Of a stretch of 64,000 bases of DNA, positions 22,438 through 35,765 are shown piece by piece. Made by a program: the position numbers and the translations under genes. The notes under the pieces are model-generated. The model did no database searches. It had not been told where the DNA came from and saw only the letters and a program-made list of their open reading frames with translations. Origin of the DNA: Squalus acanthias (lineage: Eukaryota); assembly GCA_030390025.1 (NCBI GenBank), contig CM059432.1, positions 2,480,001 through 2,544,000 on the forward strand. Direction: 5' to 3'. The first letter of the stretch is position 1. The number at the start of each line of letters is the position of its first letter.

Positions 22438-23387
22438 TGTCTCTTGGCCATGGAGTCTTGTCCTCTGTGGGGTGGCTGCCCAGCTGTGCTTGCCGACTGA
22501 AAGCTGTATGTGGAAAAGAGAGATCATTTGTTATTTTTAAAGGCACACTCGCTGTTTGGCTGCTCTATTCTACGCAGATGGCGGCCAATTAGAGCGCCTC
22601 TCTGGGAGCACCATCACCACAAGGACTGCAGCGGTTCGAGGAGAAGGACCACCTACATCTTCTCAGGGGCAACGAGTGGCGGGCAATAATTACATAGAAT
22701 TACATCGAATGTACAGAACAGAAACAGACCATTCAGCCCAACTGGTCCGTGCCAGTGATTATGCTCCACACGAGCCTCCTCCCACCCCTCAACATATCCT
22801 TCTATTCCTTTCTCCCTCATGTGTTTATCCAGCTTCCCCTTAAATCCATCGATGCTATTCGCCTCAACCACTCCCTGTGGTAGCGAGTTCAACATTCTCA
22901 CCACTCTCTGGGTAAAGAAGTTTCTCCTGAATTCCCGATTGGATTTATTAGTGACTATCTTATATTTATGGCCACTAGTTTTGGACTCCCTCACAAGTGG
23001 AAACATCTTCTCTGTACGTCTACCCTATCAAAACCCCTTCATAATTTTAAAGATCTCTATTAGGTAGCCCTTCAGCCTTCTCTTTTCTAGAGAAAAGAGC
23101 CCCATCACTAAAAAAAACAGATTATCTGGCTATTGTCTCAGTCCTTTTAGTGGGAGCTTGCTGTGCGCAAATTGTCTGCCACTTTTCCCACATTACAACA
23201 GTGACTACACTTCAAAAGTACTTCATTGGCTGCAAAGGGCTTTGGGACGTCCTGAGGTCGTGAAAGGCGCTGGAGTAAAATGTCCCAAGTCTACTCCTGC
23301 TCCTTTTTTAAAAATTAAGAACATAAGAATTAGGAGCAGGAGTCGGCCGTTCGCCCCCTCGAGCCTGCTCCACCATTCAATAAGATC

Positions 23388-25709
23388 ATGGCTGATCTTC
23401 GACCTCAATATGTCGAGGAACCAACTCGGGAACAGGCTATATTGGACTGGGTACTGTGCAATGAGAAGGGACTAATTAGTAATCTTGTTGTACGGGGACC
23501 CTTGGGTCAGAGCGATCATAACATGATCGATTTCTCACTCGAAATGGAGAGCGAAGAAATTGACTCAGAGACTAAGGTCCTGAATTTAAACAAGGGGAAT
23601 TATGATGCCATTAGACGGGAACTGAGTAGGTCTGATTGGACAACGTTCCTGGGAGGACTGGAGGTAGATAAACAATGGCAAGCATTTAAAGATAGAATGA
23701 CAAAATTGCAAAAATTGTTTATACCAATCTGGCATAAAAGGAAATCTAAAAAGGTGACTCAACCGTGGATAACAGGGGAAATTAGAGACAGCATAAAATC
23801 CAAAGATAGGGCGTATAAAATAGCCAAAAAAAGCGCCAGAGCGGAAGATTGGGAACAGTTTAAGATAGAGCAAAGGAGGACAAAGGGCTTAATCAAGAGG
23901 GGCAAAATAGCTTACGAAAGCAAGCTGGCGGAAAATATAAAAACTAACTCCAAAAGCTTTTATAAGTATATCAAGAGGAAAAGACTGGTGAAAACCAAAG
24001 TTGGTCCATTGCAGTCAGATACGGGGGAATATATAACGGGAAATAAGGAAATGGCAGACCAACTAAATGCATACTTTGGGTCAGTCTTTACGAAGGAAGA
24101 CACAAAAAACCTCCCTGGGATATCGGGAAAAATAGGGACATTGGCAAAGGAGGAACTGACGCAAATCAATATCTCTAAGGATATGGTGTTAAGGAAGCTA
24201 AAGGGATTGAAGGCGGACAAATCCCCAGGGCCTGATAACATGCATCCTAGGGTACTGAAGGAGGTGGCCCTAGAGATAGCGGATGCACTAAGTATGATTT
24301 TTCAGAATTCATTAGACTCGGGAACAGTGCCCATGGATTGGAGGGTAGCTAACGTTACCCCACTATTCAAAAAGGGGGGTAGGGAAAAAGCAGGTAATTA
24401 CAGACCTGTAAGCCTTACATCAGTTGTGGGCAAAATGCTGGAGTCCATCATTAAGGATGAAATAGCGGAGCACTTAGCAAATGGGGACAGGATAGGACAG
24501 AGTCAACATGGATTTACAAAGGGTAAATCGTGCTTGACTAATCTATTGGAATTTTTTGAGGGAGTAACTGGTAAAATAGATGGGGGAGAGCCAGTAGATG
24601 TGGTGTACCTGGACTTCCAAAAGGCCTTCGATAAGGTCCCACATAAAAGATTAGCACGGAAAATTGAAGCTCATGGGATAAAGGGGAAAGTATTGACGTG
24701 GATAGAGAACTGGCTGTCAGATAGAAAACAAAGAGTTGGAATAAACGGCTCATTTTCTGAATGGCAGGCAGTAACAAGTGGGGTACCACAGGGATCTGTC
24801 CTGGGTCCCCAGCTGTTCACAATTTACATTAATGACCTGGATCAGGGAGTCGGATGCAGCATTTCCAAATTTGCAGACGACACTAAACTAGGAGGGGGGG
24901 TGGGCTCAGAGGAGGAGACCAGGAAGCTCCAGAGCGATTTGGACAGACTGGGTGATTGGGCGGATAAATGGCAGATGCACTATAATGTGGACAAGTGCGA
25001 AGTTATCCACCTTGGGTGCAGGAACGGGAGGGCAAATTATTATTTAAATGGCAATAAATTGGGAGAGGGGGAAGTACAGAGAGACCTGGGTGTTCTTGTA
25101 CACCAGTCACTGAAGGCGAGCATGCAGGTGCAACAGGCGGTCAAGAAGGCAAACGGTATGCTGGCCTTCATAGCAAAAGGGTTGGAATACAGGAACAGGG
25201 ATACCTTGCTGCAGCTGTACAGGGCACTGGTGAGACCACACCTCGAGTACTGTGTACAGTTTTGGTCGCCTCATCTGAGGAAAGATGTTCTTGCCATGGA
25301 GGGGGTGCAGCGGCGATTCACCAGGCTGATACCAGGAATGGCGGGATTGACCTATGAGGAGAGACTATGTAGTTTAGGGATGTACACACTGGAGTTTAGA
25401 AGATTGAGAGGGGACCTCATAGAAGTGTATAAAATTCTGACAGGTCTAGACAGACTAGATGCAGAAGGAATGTTTCCCTTGGCGGGTGAGAACAGAACTA
25501 GAGGACATAATTTAAGGATAAGGGCTAAACCATTTAGGACAGAAATGAGGGGGAATTTCTTCACTCAGAGGGTGGTGAACCTGTGGAACTCATTGCCACA
25601 GAGGGCAGTGTACGCCAGCTCATTAAATATATTTAAGAGGGAATTAGATATATTTCTACAGGCAAAAGGGGTTAAGGGTTACGGAGAGAAGGCGGGGACG
25701 GGATACTGA
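23388..25709 (+). CDS. CR1 ORF2 reverse transcriptase, 5'-truncated but open (773 aa)
   Basis: [47 protein letters not shown]; begins within the end of the APE domain; first 7 codons come from the host element. Confidence 0.92.
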   Translation: MADLRPQYVEEPTREQAILDWVLCNEKGLISNLVVRGPLGQSDHNMIDFSLEMESEEIDSETKVLNLNKGNYDAIRRELSRSDWTTFLGGLEVDKQWQAFKDRMTKLQKLFIPIWHKRKSKKVTQPWITGEIRDSIKSKDRAYKIAKKSARAEDWEQFKIEQRRTKGLIKRGKIAYESKLAENIKTNSKSFYKYIKRKRLVKTKVGPLQSDTGEYITGNKEMADQLNAYFGSVFTKEDTKNLPGISGKIGTLAKEELTQINISKDMVLRKLKGLKADKSPGPDNMHPRVLKEVALEIADALSMIFQNSLDSGTVPMDWRVANVTPLFKKGGREKAGNYRPVSLTSVVGKMLESIIKDEIAEHLANGDRIGQSQHGFTKGKSCLTNLLEFFEGVTGKIDGGEPVDVVYLDFQKAFDKVPHKRLARKIEAHGIKGKVLTWIENWLSDRKQRVGINGSFSEWQAVTSGVPQGSVLGPQLFTIYINDLDQGVGCSISKFADDTKLGGGVGSEEETRKLQSDLDRLGDWADKWQMHYNVDKCEVIHLGCRNGRANYYLNGNKLGEGEVQRDLGVLVHQSLKASMQVQQAVKKANGMLAFIAKGLEYRNRDTLLQLYRALVRPHLEYCVQFWSPHLRKDVLAMEGVQRRFTRLIPGMAGLTYEERLCSLGMYTLEFRRLRGDLIEVYKILTGLDRLDAEGMFPLAGENRTRGHNLRIRAKPFRTEMRGNFFTQRVVNLWNSLPQRAVYASSLNIFKRELDIFLQAKGVKGYGEKAGTGY

Positions 25710-25810
25710 ATTGGAGGATCAGCCATGATCTCATTAAATGGCGGAGCAGGCTCGAAGGGCCGGATGGCCTACTCCTGCTCCTATCTTCTATGTATCTATG
25801 TATCTATGTA
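23409..25810 (+). mobile_element. Young CR1 LINE nested in an older antisense CR1
   Basis: (tatctatg)n tail; host sequence gacctca|actccacttt is split by the insertion. Confidence 0.9.
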
Positions 25811-27622
25811 ACTCCACTTTTCCGCTTGATCTCCATATCCCTTGATTCCCCACGAGTCCAAAAATCTATCAATCTCTGCCTTGAATATAGTCAATGATTC
25901 AGCATCCACAGCCCTCTGGGGTAGAGAATTCCAAAGATTCACAACCCTCTGAGTGAAGAAATTCCTCCTCATCTCAGTCTTAAATGGCCGACCCCTTATC
26001 CTGAGACTATGCCCCCTAGTCTCAGACACTCCAGCCAGGGGAAACAATCTCCCAGCATCTACCCTCTCAATCCCCCTCAGAATCTTATATGTTTCAATGA
26101 GATCATCTCTCATTCTTCTAAACTCCAGAGAGTATAGGCCCAATCAACTCAATCTCTCCTCATAGGGTAACCCTCTCATCCCAGGAATCAATCTAGTGAA
26201 CCTTCATTGCACCGCCTCTAAGGCAAGTATGTCCTTTCTCAGATAAGGAGACCAAAACTGTGCACAGTACTCCAGGTGCGGTCTCACCAAGGCCCTGTAC
26301 AATTGTAGCAAGACTTCCTTACTCTTATGCTCCAACCCGCTTGCAATAAAGACCAACATGCCATTTGCCTTCCTAATTGCTTGCTGTACCTGCATGCTAA
26401 CTTTGTGTGTTTCCTGTACGAGGACACCCAAATCTCTCTGAACACTAACATTTAATAATTCTCACCATTTAAAAAATATTCTGTTTTTCTATTCTCCCTA
26501 CCAAAGTGAATAACCTCACATTTCCTCACATTATACTCCATCTGCCACCTTATTGCCCACTCACTTAACCTGTCTATATCCTTTGCAGGCACTTTGTGTT
26601 CTCCTCACAGTTTACTGTCCCACCTAGCTTTGTATCGTCAGCAAACTTGGATACATTGCACTCGGTCCCTTCATCTAAGTCATTAATATAGATTGTGAAT
26701 AGCTGAGGCCCAAGCACTGATCCTTGCGGCACCCCACAAGTTACAGCCTGCCAATTGGAAAGTGACCTGTTTATCCCGACTCTCTGTTTTCTGTCCGTTA
26801 ACCAATCCTCTATCCATGCTAATATATTAGTCCCAACCCCATGTGCCCTTACCTTGTGTAGCAACCTTTTATGTGGAACTTTATCAAATGCCTTTTGGAA
26901 ATCCAAATATACTACATCCACTGGTTCCCCTTTATCTACCCTGCCAGTTACATCCTCAAAAAACTCCAATAAATTTGTTAAACACGATTTCCCTTTCATA
27001 AAACCATGTTGACTCTGCCTAATCATATTCCTAAGTGCCCTGTTACCACTTCCTTAATAATGGATTCCAGCATTTTCCCGACGACTGATATGAAGCTAAC
27101 TGGCCTGTAGTTCCCTGTTTTCTCTCTCCCTCCTTTCTTGAATAGCGGGGTTATATTTGCTACCTTCCAGTCTGCTGGGACCGTTCTCGAATCGAGGGAA
27201 TTTTGGAAGATCACAACCAATGCATCCACTATCTCTGCAGCCAGCTCTTTTAGAACCCGAGGATGTAGGCCGTCAGGTCCAGGGGATTAGTCGGCTCTTA
27301 GTCCCATTAGTTTTTCAAGTACTTTTTCTCTATTGATATTAATTATTTGAAGTTCCTCACTCTTATTAATCATGTGGTTCCCCACTGTTTTTGGTATGCT
27401 TTTTGTGTCTTCTACTGTGAAGCCAGATACAAAATATTTGTTTAGAGTCTCTGCCATTTCCTTATTCCCCATTATAATCTCACCTGTCTCAGCCTCTAAG
27501 GGACCAACGCTTCCTTTTGCTACTCTCTTCCTTTTGACATACTTGTAGAAGCTCTTACAACCTGTTTTCATATATCTTGCTAGTTTACTCTCATATTCTA
27601 TTTTCTCCCTTTTTATCAATTT
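25811..27622 (-). pseudogene. Older CR1 ORF2 (RT) copy, frameshifted; its 3' end lies at 23318-23408
   Basis: Successive broken RT ORFs 27287-27619, 27023-27229, 26574-27026, 26204-26431 and 25796-26143. Confidence 0.9.
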
Positions 27623-27957
27623 TAAGTTCTGATGTTCTTACGAAGAATCTTCTGCTCCAGTGCCTAATGGCATTTTGGGCTTGATTTCCTGACTGTCGAT
27701 AACTGGGAGCAACATTAATACCAGCAGTAATGTATTTTCCCACCTGTTTTGCAGTGGGAAATCTCTAACGCTGGCAAGTATTCAATTCCCTTCTTGAGCA
27801 GCAGCAGCAGTGGTCTAGGTCTGGGGGGGAAAGCGAGGGGGACTGGCTTTCACCTGAGTTCCCTCAACACCTGAGCTTTCCCAGTGGAGGGCACTGCCGA
27901 TGTCGGCCGAGATAAGCCCAGTGGCTGTTTGTAGCGTTCCTTGTGCACAAGAGGTTA

Positions 27958-28835
27958 ATGTCTACCCTGCGGGTGTCTCTTGGCCGTGGAGTCTTGTCCT
28001 CTGCGGGGATGGCCTTCCAGCTGTGCTTGCCGACTGAAAGCTGTATGTGGAAGAGAGAGATCATTTGTTATTTTTAAAGGCACACTCGCTGTTTGGCTGC
28101 TCTATTCTACGCAGATGGCGGCCAATTAGAGCGCCTCTCTGGGAGCACCATCACCACACGGATTGCAGCGGTTCGAGGAGAAGGACCACCTACATCTTCT
28201 CAGGGGCAACGAGTGGCGGGCAATAATTACATAGAATTACATCGAATGTACAGAACAGAAACAGGCCATTCGGCCCAACTGCTCTGTGCCGGTGTTTCTG
28301 CTCCACACGAGCCTCCTCCCACCCCTCTTCATCTCACCCCATCACCATATCCTTCTATTCCTTTCTCCCTCATGTGTTTATCCAGCTTTCCCTTAAATGC
28401 ATCTATACTATTCGCCTCAACCACTCCCTGTGGAAGCGAGTTCCACATTTTCACCACTCTCTGGGTAAAGAAGTTTCTCCTGAATTCCCGATTGGATTTA
28501 TTAGCGACTGTCTTATTTTTATGATCCCTAGTTTTGGACTCCCCCACACAAGTGGAAACATCTTCTCTGTGCGTCTACCCTATCAAACCCCTTCGTAATT
28601 TTGAGGACCTCTATTATGTCACTCCTCAGCCTTCTCTTTTTTTTTCGTGAAAAGAGCCCCATCTCTAAAAAAAACCAGATTATCTGGCCATTGTCTTGGC
28701 CCTTTTTTGTGGGAGCTTGCTGTGCATAAATCGTTTGCTGCGTTTCCCACATTACAACAGTGACTGCCCTTCAAAAGTACTTCATTGGTGGCAAAGGACT
28801 TTGGGACGTCCTGAGGTCGTGAAAGGCGCTGGAGA
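27958..28835 (+). repeat. Local duplication of 21809-21825 plus 22437-23275
   Basis: Colinear near-identity across unique DNA and identical repeat junctions (compare ORFs 22556 and 28093). Confidence 0.9.
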
Positions 28836-29084
28836 AATGCAAGTCTTTCTTTCTGTACTGTTAGCAACACATTGGGAGATTTGATAAGATATAAAAAATT
28901 CTATGTTAGCTTGGTTCAGTTGGTAGTGCTGAGTCAGAAGGTTGTGGTTTTGAGCCCCACTCGAGCACATAATCGAAGCTGACACTCCAAGGCACAACTC
29001 CCGGAATGCTTCATTATTGGTCTTCTTATATTTTAGATGAGACGTTAAACCTAGCCCCATTTGTCTGTTTCAATGCACATTAAA

Positions 29085-29600
29085 CAACAACACCCTGTAT
29101 TTATACAGCGTCTTTAACGTAGTAAAACGTCCCAAGGTGCTTCACAGGAGCGATTATCAAACAAAATTTGACACCGAGCCACATAAGGAGATATCAGGAC
29201 AGGTGACCAAAAGCTTGTTTTTAAGGAGCATCTTAAAGGGGGAGAGAGAGGTAGCGAGGCGGAGGGGTTTAGGGAGGGAATTCCAGAGCTCGGGGCCCAG
29301 GCAGCTGAAGGCACGGCCGCCAATAGTGGAGCGATGGAAATCGGGGATGTTCAAGAGGCCAGAATTGGAGGAGTGCCGAGATCTCGGAGGGTTGTGGGGC
29401 TGGAGGAGATTAGAGAGATAGGGAGGGGGGAGGCCATGGAGGGATTTGAAAACAAGGATGAGAATTTTAAAATCGAGGTGTTGCCGGACCGGGAGTCAAT
29501 GTAGGTCAGCGAGCACAGGAGGGGTGATGGGTGAACAGGACCTAGTGCGAGTTAGGACACGGGCAACAGAGCTTTGGATGACCTCAAGTTTATGGAGGGT
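29085..29600 (-). mobile_element. L2 3' fragment
   Basis: Same family as 18108-18697. Confidence 0.8.
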
Positions 29601-29940
29601 AGACTGGTAACATTGACCCAAAACTGTGGCAGAGTAAAGCCACACTTGAGCAAGCTGCAAGAAGGTCCTTGAAAACAGCTCATTACGACTCCTGTTGTTC
29701 TTCCATCTCTATCTGATTGACAAGTGGAGAATCAATATGAAGCTCTGTCCTACCACTGTCGACCTGACTGTTGCTTCACTAAAACAGCAGGCGCATGGGA
29801 ACACCATCACCCGCAAGTTCGCCTGCAAGTCACACACACACCATCCTGACTTGGAAATTACGGCTGATCCTTCATCGTCGCTGGGTCAAAATCCTAGAAC
29901 TCCCTCCCTAACAGCACTGTGGGAGCACCTTCACCACACG

Positions 29941-31982
29941 GTCAAGGATGGGACCAACAAGCCCAGGGAACCCTGGATGTCAAGGGATATACAAGAATGG
30001 ATTAGGAAAAAAAGGGAGACTTTTGGCAGATACAAAGGACTAAAAACAGTGGAAGCCCTAGAGGAGTATAGAAAGTGCAGGGGGGTACTTAAAAAAGAAA
30101 TTAGGAGAGCGAAGAGGGAGCATGAAAAAACACTGGCGGGCAAAATAAAGGAAAATCCCAAGGTGTTTTATAAGTATATTAAGGGCAAGAGGATAACCAG
30201 GGAAAGAGTAGGGCCCATTAGGGACCAAAGTGGCAATCTGTGTGTAGAGCCGGGGGATGTAGGTGAGGTTTTAAATTAATATTTTGCATCTGTGTTCACT
30301 ATGGAGAAGGGTGATGTAGGCATAGAAATCAGATTGTGATATACTTGAACAAATTAGTATTGAGAGGGAGGAGGTACTAACGGTTTTAGCGGGCTTAAAA
30401 GTGGATAAATCCCCAGGCCCAGATGAGATGTATCCCAGGCTGCTGTGTGAGGCAAGGGAGGAGATTGCAAGGGCTCTGACACAAATTTTCAGAACCTCTC
30501 TGGACACAGGGGAGGTGCCAGAGGACTGGAGGACAGCTAATGTAGTACCATTATTCAAGAAGGGTAGTAGGGATAAACCAGGGAATTACAGGCCAGTGAG
30601 CCTAGCATCAGTGGTAGGGAAATTATTGGAAAAAATTTCTGAGGGACTGAATTAGTCTCCACTTGGAGAGGCAAGGATTAATCAAGAATAGTCAGCATGG
30701 CTTTGTCAGGGGGAGATCATGTTTAACCAATTTGATTGAATTTTTCGAGGGGGTGACTAGGTGTGTGGATGAGGATAGTGCAGTTGATGTAGTCTATATG
30801 GACTTCAGTAAGGCTTTTGACAAAGTCCCGCATGGGAGACTGGTCAAGAAGGTAAGAGCCCATGGGATCCAGGGCAATTTGGCACATTGGATCCAAAATT
30901 GGCTTAGTGGCAGGAGGCAGAGGGTGATGGTCGAAGGTTATTTTTGTGACTGGAAGCTTGTGTCCAGTGGTGTACTGCAGGGATCGGTGCTGGGTCCTTT
31001 GCTGTTTGTAGTGTACATTAATGATTTAGATATGAATGTAGGAGGTATGATCAGTAAGTTGGCAGATGACATGAAAATTGGTGGAGTGGTAAATAGCGAG
31101 GAGGGAAGCCTCAGGCTACAGGACGATATAGATGGGTTGGTTAGATGGGCAGAACAGTGGCAAATGGAATTTAAACCTGAAAAGTGTGAGGTGATGCATT
31201 TTAGGAGGACTAACAAGGCAAGGGAATACACAATGAATGGTAGGACCCTAGGAAGGACAGAGGATCAGAGGGACCTTGGTGTGCATGTACATAGATCCCT
31301 GAAGGTAGCAGGACAGGTAGATAAGGTGGTTAAAAAGGCATATGGGATACTTGCCTTCATTAGCCGAGGCATAGAATATAAGAGCAGGGAGGTAATGATG
31401 GAGCTGTACAAACCGCTAGTTAGACCACAGCTGGAATACTGTGTGCAGTTCTGGTTGCCACACTTTAGGAAGGATGTGATTGCATTGGAGAGGGTGCAGA
31501 GGAGATTCACCAGGATGTTACCTGGGCTAGAGCGTTTCAGCTATGAAGAGAGACTGGACAGGCTGGGGTTGTTTTCCTTCGAGCAGAGAAGGCTGAGGGG
31601 GACCTGATTGAGGTGTACAAAATTATAAGGGGCATAGATAGGGTAGATAGAAAGGAACTTTTCCCCTTAGTAGAGGGGTCAATAACCAGGGGGCATAGTT
31701 TCAAGGTAAGGGGCAGGAGGTTTAGAGGGGATTTAAGGAAAAACTTTTTCACCCAGACGGTGGTTGGAATCTGGAACTCACTGCCTGAAAGGGTGGTAGA
31801 GGCAGGAACCCTCACAACATTCAAGAAGCATTTAGATGAGCACTTGAAACGCCATAGCATACAAGGCTACGGACCAAGTGCTGGAAAATGGGATTAGAAT
31901 AGACAGGGCTTGATGGCCGGCGCGGACACGATGGGCCGAAGGGCCTCTTTCTGTGCTGTATAACTCTATGATTCATGACTCT
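29941..31982 (+). pseudogene. CR1 ORF2 RT copy nested in a second-family LINE 3' end
   Basis: ORFs 30401-30655, 30663-31607 (LADD variant) and 31613-31897; host resumes at acgg (29938-29941 and 31983-31986). Confidence 0.88.
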
Positions 31983-32102
31983 ACGGACTGCAGCGGTTCA
32001 AGAAGGCGGCTCACCACCACCTTCTCAAGGGCAACTAGGGGATGGGTAATAAATGCTGGCCTTGCCAGCGAAGCCCACATCCCGTGAATGAATTAAAAAA
32101 AA

Positions 32103-33470
32103 GACTGATGGGGCGGTAATTGGCCGGATTGGATTTGTCCTGCTTTTTTTGGACAGGACTTACCTGGGCAGTTTTCCACATTGTCGGGTAGATGCCAGTG
32201 TTGTAGCTGTACTGGAACAGCTTGGCTAGAGACGCGGCTAGTTCTGGAGCAAAAGTCTTCAGCACGACAGCCGGGATATTGTCGGGGCCCATAGCCTTTG
32301 CTGTATCCAGTGCGCTCAGCTGTTTCTTGATATCACGTGGAGTGAATCAAATTGGCTGAAGACTGGCTTCTGTGATGGTGGGGACCTCAGGAGGAGGCCG
32401 AGATAGATCATCTACTCGGCACTTCTGGCTGAAGATGGTTGCAAATGCTTCAGCCTTGTCTTTTGCACTCGCGTGCTGGGCTCCACCATCATTGAGGATG
32501 AGGATATTCATGGAGCCTCCTCCTCCTGTTAGTTGTTCAATTGTCCACCACCATTCACAACTGGATGTGGCAGGACTGCAGAGCTTTGATCTGATCCGTT
32601 GATTGTTGGATTGCTTAGCTCTGTCTATAGCATGCTGCTTCCGCTGTTTAGCATGCATGTAGTCCTGTGTTCCAAGGTACGCCTGGTGCTGTTCCTGGCA
32701 TGCTTTTCTGCACTCCTTATTGAACCAGGGTTGGTCCCCTGGCTTGATGGTAATGGTAGAGTGAGGGATATGCCGGGCCATGAGGTTACAGATTGTGGTG
32801 GAATACAATTCTGCTGCTGCTGATGGCCCACAGCGCCTCATGGATGCCCAGTTTTGAGCTGCTAGATCTATTCTGAATCTATCCCATTTAGCATGGTGGT
32901 AGTGCCACACCACACGATGGAGGGTGTCCTCAGTGTGAAGACAGGACATCGTCTCCACAATGACTGTGCGGTGGTCACTACTACCAATACTGTCATGGAC
33001 AGATGCATCTGTGACTGGTAGATTGGTGAGGACGAGGTCAGGTAGGTTTTTCCCTCATGTTAGTTCTCTCACCACCTGCCGCAGGCCCAGTCTGGCAGCT
33101 ATGTCCTTCAGGCCTCGGCCAGTTCGGTCAGTAGTGGTACTACCGAGCCACTCTTGGTGATGGACATTGAAGCCCCCAACCCAGAGTACTTTCTGTGCCC
33201 TTGCTACTCTCAGTGCTTCTTCCAAGTGGTGTTCAACATGGTGGAGTACTGATTCATCAGCTGAGGGAGGGCGGTAGGTGGTAATCAGCAGGAGGTTTCC
33301 TTGCCCGTGCTTGACCTGAAGCCATGGGACTTCATGGGGTCCAGATTCAATGTTGAGGACTCCCAGGGCCTCCCAACTGTATACCAATGTGCCGCCACCC
33401 CTGGTGTGTCTGTCCTGCCGGTGGGACAGGACATACCCAGGGATGGTGATGGAGGAGTCTGGGACGTTGG
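32103..33470 (-). pseudogene. Second CR1-group family, APE and linker region
   Basis: TTYRPPS, WVGGFNVHHQEWL, QPWFN, GPDNIP, NYRPISL in broken frames. Confidence 0.82.
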
Positions 33471-33497
33471 CAAGTAACGTGCAAGCTTTAAAGATAA

Positions 33498-33948
33498 GGA
33501 AAGAAAGACTTGCATTTCTCCAGCACCTTTCACAACCTCGGGACGTCACAAAGCGCTTTACAGCCAATGAAGTACTTTTTGAAGTGTAGTCACTGTTGTA
33601 GTGTGGGAAACACAGCAGCCAATTTGTGAACAACATGATAATGACCAGATCATCTGTTTTTTTTTAGTAATGTTGATTGAGGGATAAATATTGGCCAAAA
33701 CACCAGGGAGAACTCCCCTGCTCTTCTTTGAAATAATGGCCATGGGATTTTTTACATCCCACCTGAGAGAGCAGACGGGGCCTCAGTTTAACATCTCATC
33801 CGAAAGGCGGCACCTCTGACAGTGCGGCACTCCCTCAGCACTGCACTGGAGTGTCAGCCTGGATTTTGTGCTCGAGTCTCTGGAGTGGGACTATGAACCC
33901 ACGATCTTCTGACTCAGAGGTGAGAGTGCTGCCCACTGAGCCACGGCT
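33498..33948 (-). mobile_element. DeuSINE, full length
   Basis: Reverse complement of the family with head agccgtggctcagtgggcagcac. Confidence 0.8.
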
Positions 33949-34169
33949 GTTTACTGATTGAGCCATTGGTAAGCTAATTTAACTTTTATTTATAATATGT
34001 AACTAATTCAAAGAGCCGGCACAGGCACAATGGGCTGAATGGCCTCCTTCTGTGTTGTATGATTCTATGAAGGATTGGGTTTGGCTGCAATACCCTTGCA
34101 TGTTTGAAGAGGTTGCCAGCAATCAGTCTGGCATCACATCTGAAGAATTAGATAGGTCCCAGCGCTCGA

Positions 34170-35255
34170 TGAACCATTTCGGCCAGTCAGCCTGACATCG
34201 GTGGTGGGCAAGTTGGGCAAATTGGAAACCATTATCATGGACAAAATAAACGTTCATTTGGAGAGGCATGGGTTAATCACGGAGAGCCAGCATGGACTTG
34301 TTTAAATGCAAATTGTGTCTGACTAACTTAATGGAATTCAGTAATGAGGTAACAGAGAAGGTTGATCAAGGTAGTGCAGTAGATGTAGTATATATGGATC
34401 TTTGGAAGACATTTGACAAAGTGCCACACAAGAGGCTTGTTAAGAAGATGGAAGCCCATGGAATTAAGGGGAAAGCGGTGGTATGGACACGGAATTGGCT
34501 CAGTGACAGGAAGCAAAGGGCGGTGGTAGATGGATGTTTTTCAGACAGGGAGGTGGTTTGCACTGGTGTTCCCCAAGGGTCAGTTTTAGGTCCATTACTC
34601 TTTTCAATTTTTAAAAACGACCTAGACTCGGGTGTAGGGAGCAGCATTATAAAGTTTGCAGATGATACAAACCTTGGCAAAGTAGTAGATAGTGCTGAGG
34701 ACAGCTATAGGCTTCAGGATGACCGACAGGATGGTGAAATGGGCAGAACCATGGCAGATGGAGTTCAATGCAGAGAAGTGTGAAGTGATGCACTTTGGGA
34801 TGACTAATATGGAAAGACAGTTTACTATAACTGGCACGATTTTGAAAAGTGTAGATGAGAGACATTGGTGTCTATATACACAAATCCTTAAAGGTGGCAG
34901 GGCAAGTTGATACGATGGTTAAAAAGCATATGAGTTACTTGGGTTAATAAATAGAGGAATAGAATATAAAAGCAAAGAGATCATGCTGGAACTTTATAAA
35001 TCACTGGTTAGGCCTCAGCTGGAGTATTGTGGACAATTCTGGGCCCCACACTTCAGGAAAGATGGAAAGGGTGCAGAGGAGGTTTACCAGGATGTTACCA
35101 GGGATGAGGGAGTTCAGTTATGAGGAGAAGTTGGAAAAGTTAGGACTGTTCTCCCTGGAACACAGAAGGTTAAGAGGTGACCTAATGGAGGTTTTCATGC
35201 TGATGAGAGGTTTTGATAGAATAGAGAGAGAAAAACTATTCCCTCTGGCGAGTGA
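34170..35255 (+). pseudogene. Old CR1 RT fragment
   Basis: [10 protein letters not shown] and FADDT in ORF 34292-34783, multiple frameshifts. Confidence 0.85.
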
Positions 35256-35300
35256 GTTAAAAGTGAATATTTGATGTATTATGCGTTTTTCTTTCGCTAA

Positions 35301-35765
35301 GCCATGGCTCAGTGGGCAGCACCCTCTCCTCTGAGTCAGAAGGTTGTGGGTTCAAGTCCCACTCCAGGGACTTGAGCACAAAAATCTAGGCCGACACTCC
35401 AGTGCAGTGCTGAGGGAGTGCTGCACTGTCAGAGGTGCCGTCTTTCAGATGAAACCTTAAACCGAGGCCCCCGTCTGCTCTCTCAGGTGGACGTAAAAGA
35501 TCCCATGCCACTATTTCGAAGAAAAGCAGGGGAGTTTTCCCCAGTGTCCTGGGCCAATATTTATCCCTCAACCAACATCACTAAAACCGATTATCTGGTC
35601 ATTATCACATTGCTATTTGTGAGAGCTTGCTGTGCGCAAATTGGCTGCCGTGTTTCCCACATTACAGCAGTGACTACACTTCAAAAAGTACTTCATTGGC
35701 TGTAAAGCACTTTGGGATGTCCTGAGGTTGTGAAAAGCGCTGTAGAAATGCAAGTCTTTCTTTCT
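35301..35765 (+). mobile_element. DeuSINE, full length
   Basis: A-box tggctcagtgg, B-box ggttcaagtcc, Deu-like core, L2-like tail. Confidence 0.8.

Noticed and set aside
20005..27622. One full-length autonomous CR1
   Set aside because: The APE-bearing and RT-bearing pieces are separate insertions in incompatible order or orientation.
35301..35375. tRNA gene (also the heads at 37620-37690, 44109 and 58365-58437)
   Set aside because: The A/B boxes belong to SINE heads that continue into SINE bodies; no complete cloverleaf.
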